Positions 62,407 to 64,000 of a stretch of DNA of 64,000 bases are shown here, in pieces (the first letter of the stretch is position 1; the number at the start of each line of letters is the position of its first letter). Below the pieces are notes generated by a model. The model was not told the DNA's origin. It searched no databases and saw only the letters and a program-made list of their open reading frames with translations. Made by a program: the position numbers and the translations under genes. This DNA comes from Bryobacterales bacterium (GTDB lineage Bacteria; Acidobacteriota; Terriglobia; Bryobacterales; UBA6623), in assembly GCA_963422375.2 (NCBI GenBank), contig OY729428.2, forward strand, positions 672,001 through 736,000, given 5' to 3'.

Positions 62407-63093
62407 GCCTGAGACAGCCTCCAAGCCCCTACTCTAGCACCCCCTCGGGACCGCGGATTCCCAGCCGGCACGTCCGGCATCCGCTCCGCCTAGGGACGGC
62501 TTGCACGACGTTGCTACCTCGGCAGGCCGCGCTGGCCCGAGCCAGCAGGAGGGCGGTCGCCGCAGCATGCGGCTGACTGCTACGACACCTCGGGTCACCA
62601 GTCGAATCGGCCGCGATGCCGCAGTTTGGCGGACTCCGCCCCGGAGCGTTGCAAAGGCGCCGTTGGCAGTTCCATAGGTGCCCGGGCAGGTGGTCGATTC
62701 GATGAACCGCGCGCCTAAATCAGGGCGAGAAGCGTTCCGAGTTCGGAGAGAATCTTCGTCGCCACCACCCGATGCCCGTACATCGCAAGCAGGACGACAG
62801 CGGCGACTCCCGAGAGCGCGACCCCGCTGGCTAGCAAGCCGGCCAAGCGCCTCGCATCGATTTCCCCCTCGTTTCGATGACCCCACGACCGCCTGCCGCC
62901 TCAGGTTGAAAATCACAGCGCACTGCGTTGCGGTCGTCCGTGACCAGCGCGATGCTTGCCGTGTCCCGAGAGCCTGGCTGGCGCTGCGTCCTGCATTGCG
63001 GTTCGGGGGGTGCTGACACCGGACCCGCACACCGCCGAGAGACCACGGTCGTCGGAAGACGGCGGGCGTCGCAATCGCCGGACATCCCCTCGC

Positions 63094-64000
63094 CTACTCG
63101 CTGCCTGCCCCGAAGGCCAGGAACGCATTGCCCGGAATGGATCCGAACTGCCCGTAGCCCGAGTTCACGTACACCATGCCGTCGACGACCACCGGCCCGG
63201 GACCGTTCAGGGATCCGCCCCTGGCGGGGACGCCGTTCACCGTGTCCGGGTACTCGCGAACAGTGTCATGGCTCCACAGGACCTCCCCGTCCTCCGCCGA
63301 ATAGGCGCGAATGAAGCCGTCCAGCGATCCGGAAAACACGACTCCGGGCACGGCGGTTACTGCGGCCGACTGGGCCGGCGAGCACCCCGTGCGATCCGTC
63401 GGACAGGGGATGCCGGGCGTGTCCCACAGCACCTTGCCGTCCGCGAGGCGGATCGCCGCGAGCCCTCCCCCGGAGTCCGGCTTCGGACCGCGCACGACGC
63501 TGCCGTCAGGCAGCGTGCGGGCTCCGAACGAGAGGTCGGACACGGCCACGTAGGCGTTGCGCGAGTCGGCGGCCGGCCCGAACTGGATGCCTCCCAGCTT
63601 GCCTCCGGCGCCGACGCGAGTCTGCCACATCAGCGCGCCGGCGCGGTCCGGGTCGACCGCGTGGACGATTCCGGACTTCTGCCCGGCGACGAGGACCCTC
63701 TGCCCGTCCGCGAGCCGAACCAGCATCGGCGAAGCCCCGAGGTCGAGATCGGGGCCGTTCGCCTGGGGACAGTTCGCGTCCCTCGCTGGCGAGTCGCACG
63801 CCATGTTATAGGCGTCTCCCGCTGTGAACTGGCGGCTCCAGAGGCGCTCGCCCGTATCGAGATCGAAGGCCACGATGGCGTCGCTGTCGTCGGTCGGGGG
63901 ATCGGAATAGTTGTCACCCGTCCCCACGTAGACGCGGCGCAGCTCGGCGTCGATCGTCGGGGCCGACCAGATGGCGGCGCCCGACGGGCCGTGCTGCATG
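63094..64000 (-). CDS. PQQ-binding beta-propeller dehydrogenase (polyvinyl-alcohol dehydrogenase-like), 5' part outside window
   Basis: [49 protein letters not shown]. Confidence 0.85.
   Translation of the reverse strand, partial: MQHGPSGAAIWSAPTIDAELRRVYVGTGDNYSDPPTDDSDAIVAFDLDTGERLWSRQFTAGDAYNMACDSPARDANCPQANGPDLDLGASPMLVRLADGQRVLVAGQKSGIVHAVDPDRAGALMWQTRVGAGGKLGGIQFGPAADSRNAYVAVSDLSFGARTLPDGSVVRGPKPDSGGGLAAIRLADGKVLWDTPGIPCPTDRTGCSPAQSAAVTAVPGVVFSGSLDGFIRAYSAEDGEVLWSHDTVREYPDTVNGVPARGGSLNGPGPVVVDGMVYVNSGYGQFGSIPGNAFLAFGAGSE

Overview
High-GC bacterial chromosomal window. The gene content (DUF1549/DUF1553 plus DUF1501 pair, multi-adaptor ABC/TolC exporter, ThuA protein, sulfatase, short PheT) suggests an Acidobacteriota, Bryobacterales-like genome; this is inference. 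Housekeeping blocks (argD, surE, tRNA-Gln, coaE, tRNA-Pro, murQ, cysS, plsC, hpf, rapZ, rpmI-rplT-pheS-pheT, fused indolepyruvate oxidoreductase) alternate with four accessory patches. (i) 1-8.9 kb: decayed ISAs1, an Rpn nuclease with a decayed copy of its C-terminus, and two inverted IS1595 copies enclosing truncated cargo. (ii) 22.4-24.1 kb: decayed islet at the tRNA-Pro 3' end. (iii) 37.9-41.4 kb: low-GC remnant, a Fic gene and a triplicated palindromic element. (iv) 44.4-49.3 kb: DUF29 pseudogene, ISNCY element and an AAA/PD-(D/E)XK gene. The strongest hidden signal is an OsmC-family gene that the ORF track splits in two: an in-frame UGA sits at the first catalytic Cys position and is followed by a bacterial SECIS-like hairpin, so it is probably a selenoprotein. 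Other signals are a probable intragenic antitoxin start in the Rpn gene, a CapW-like WYL regulator with no defence operon beside it, and a strand-asymmetric substitution pattern in the IS copies. Three single-base deletions in short G/C runs may be sequencing errors. No CRISPR array, rRNA or reverse transcriptase was seen. All calls come from hand motif recognition, with no database searches.
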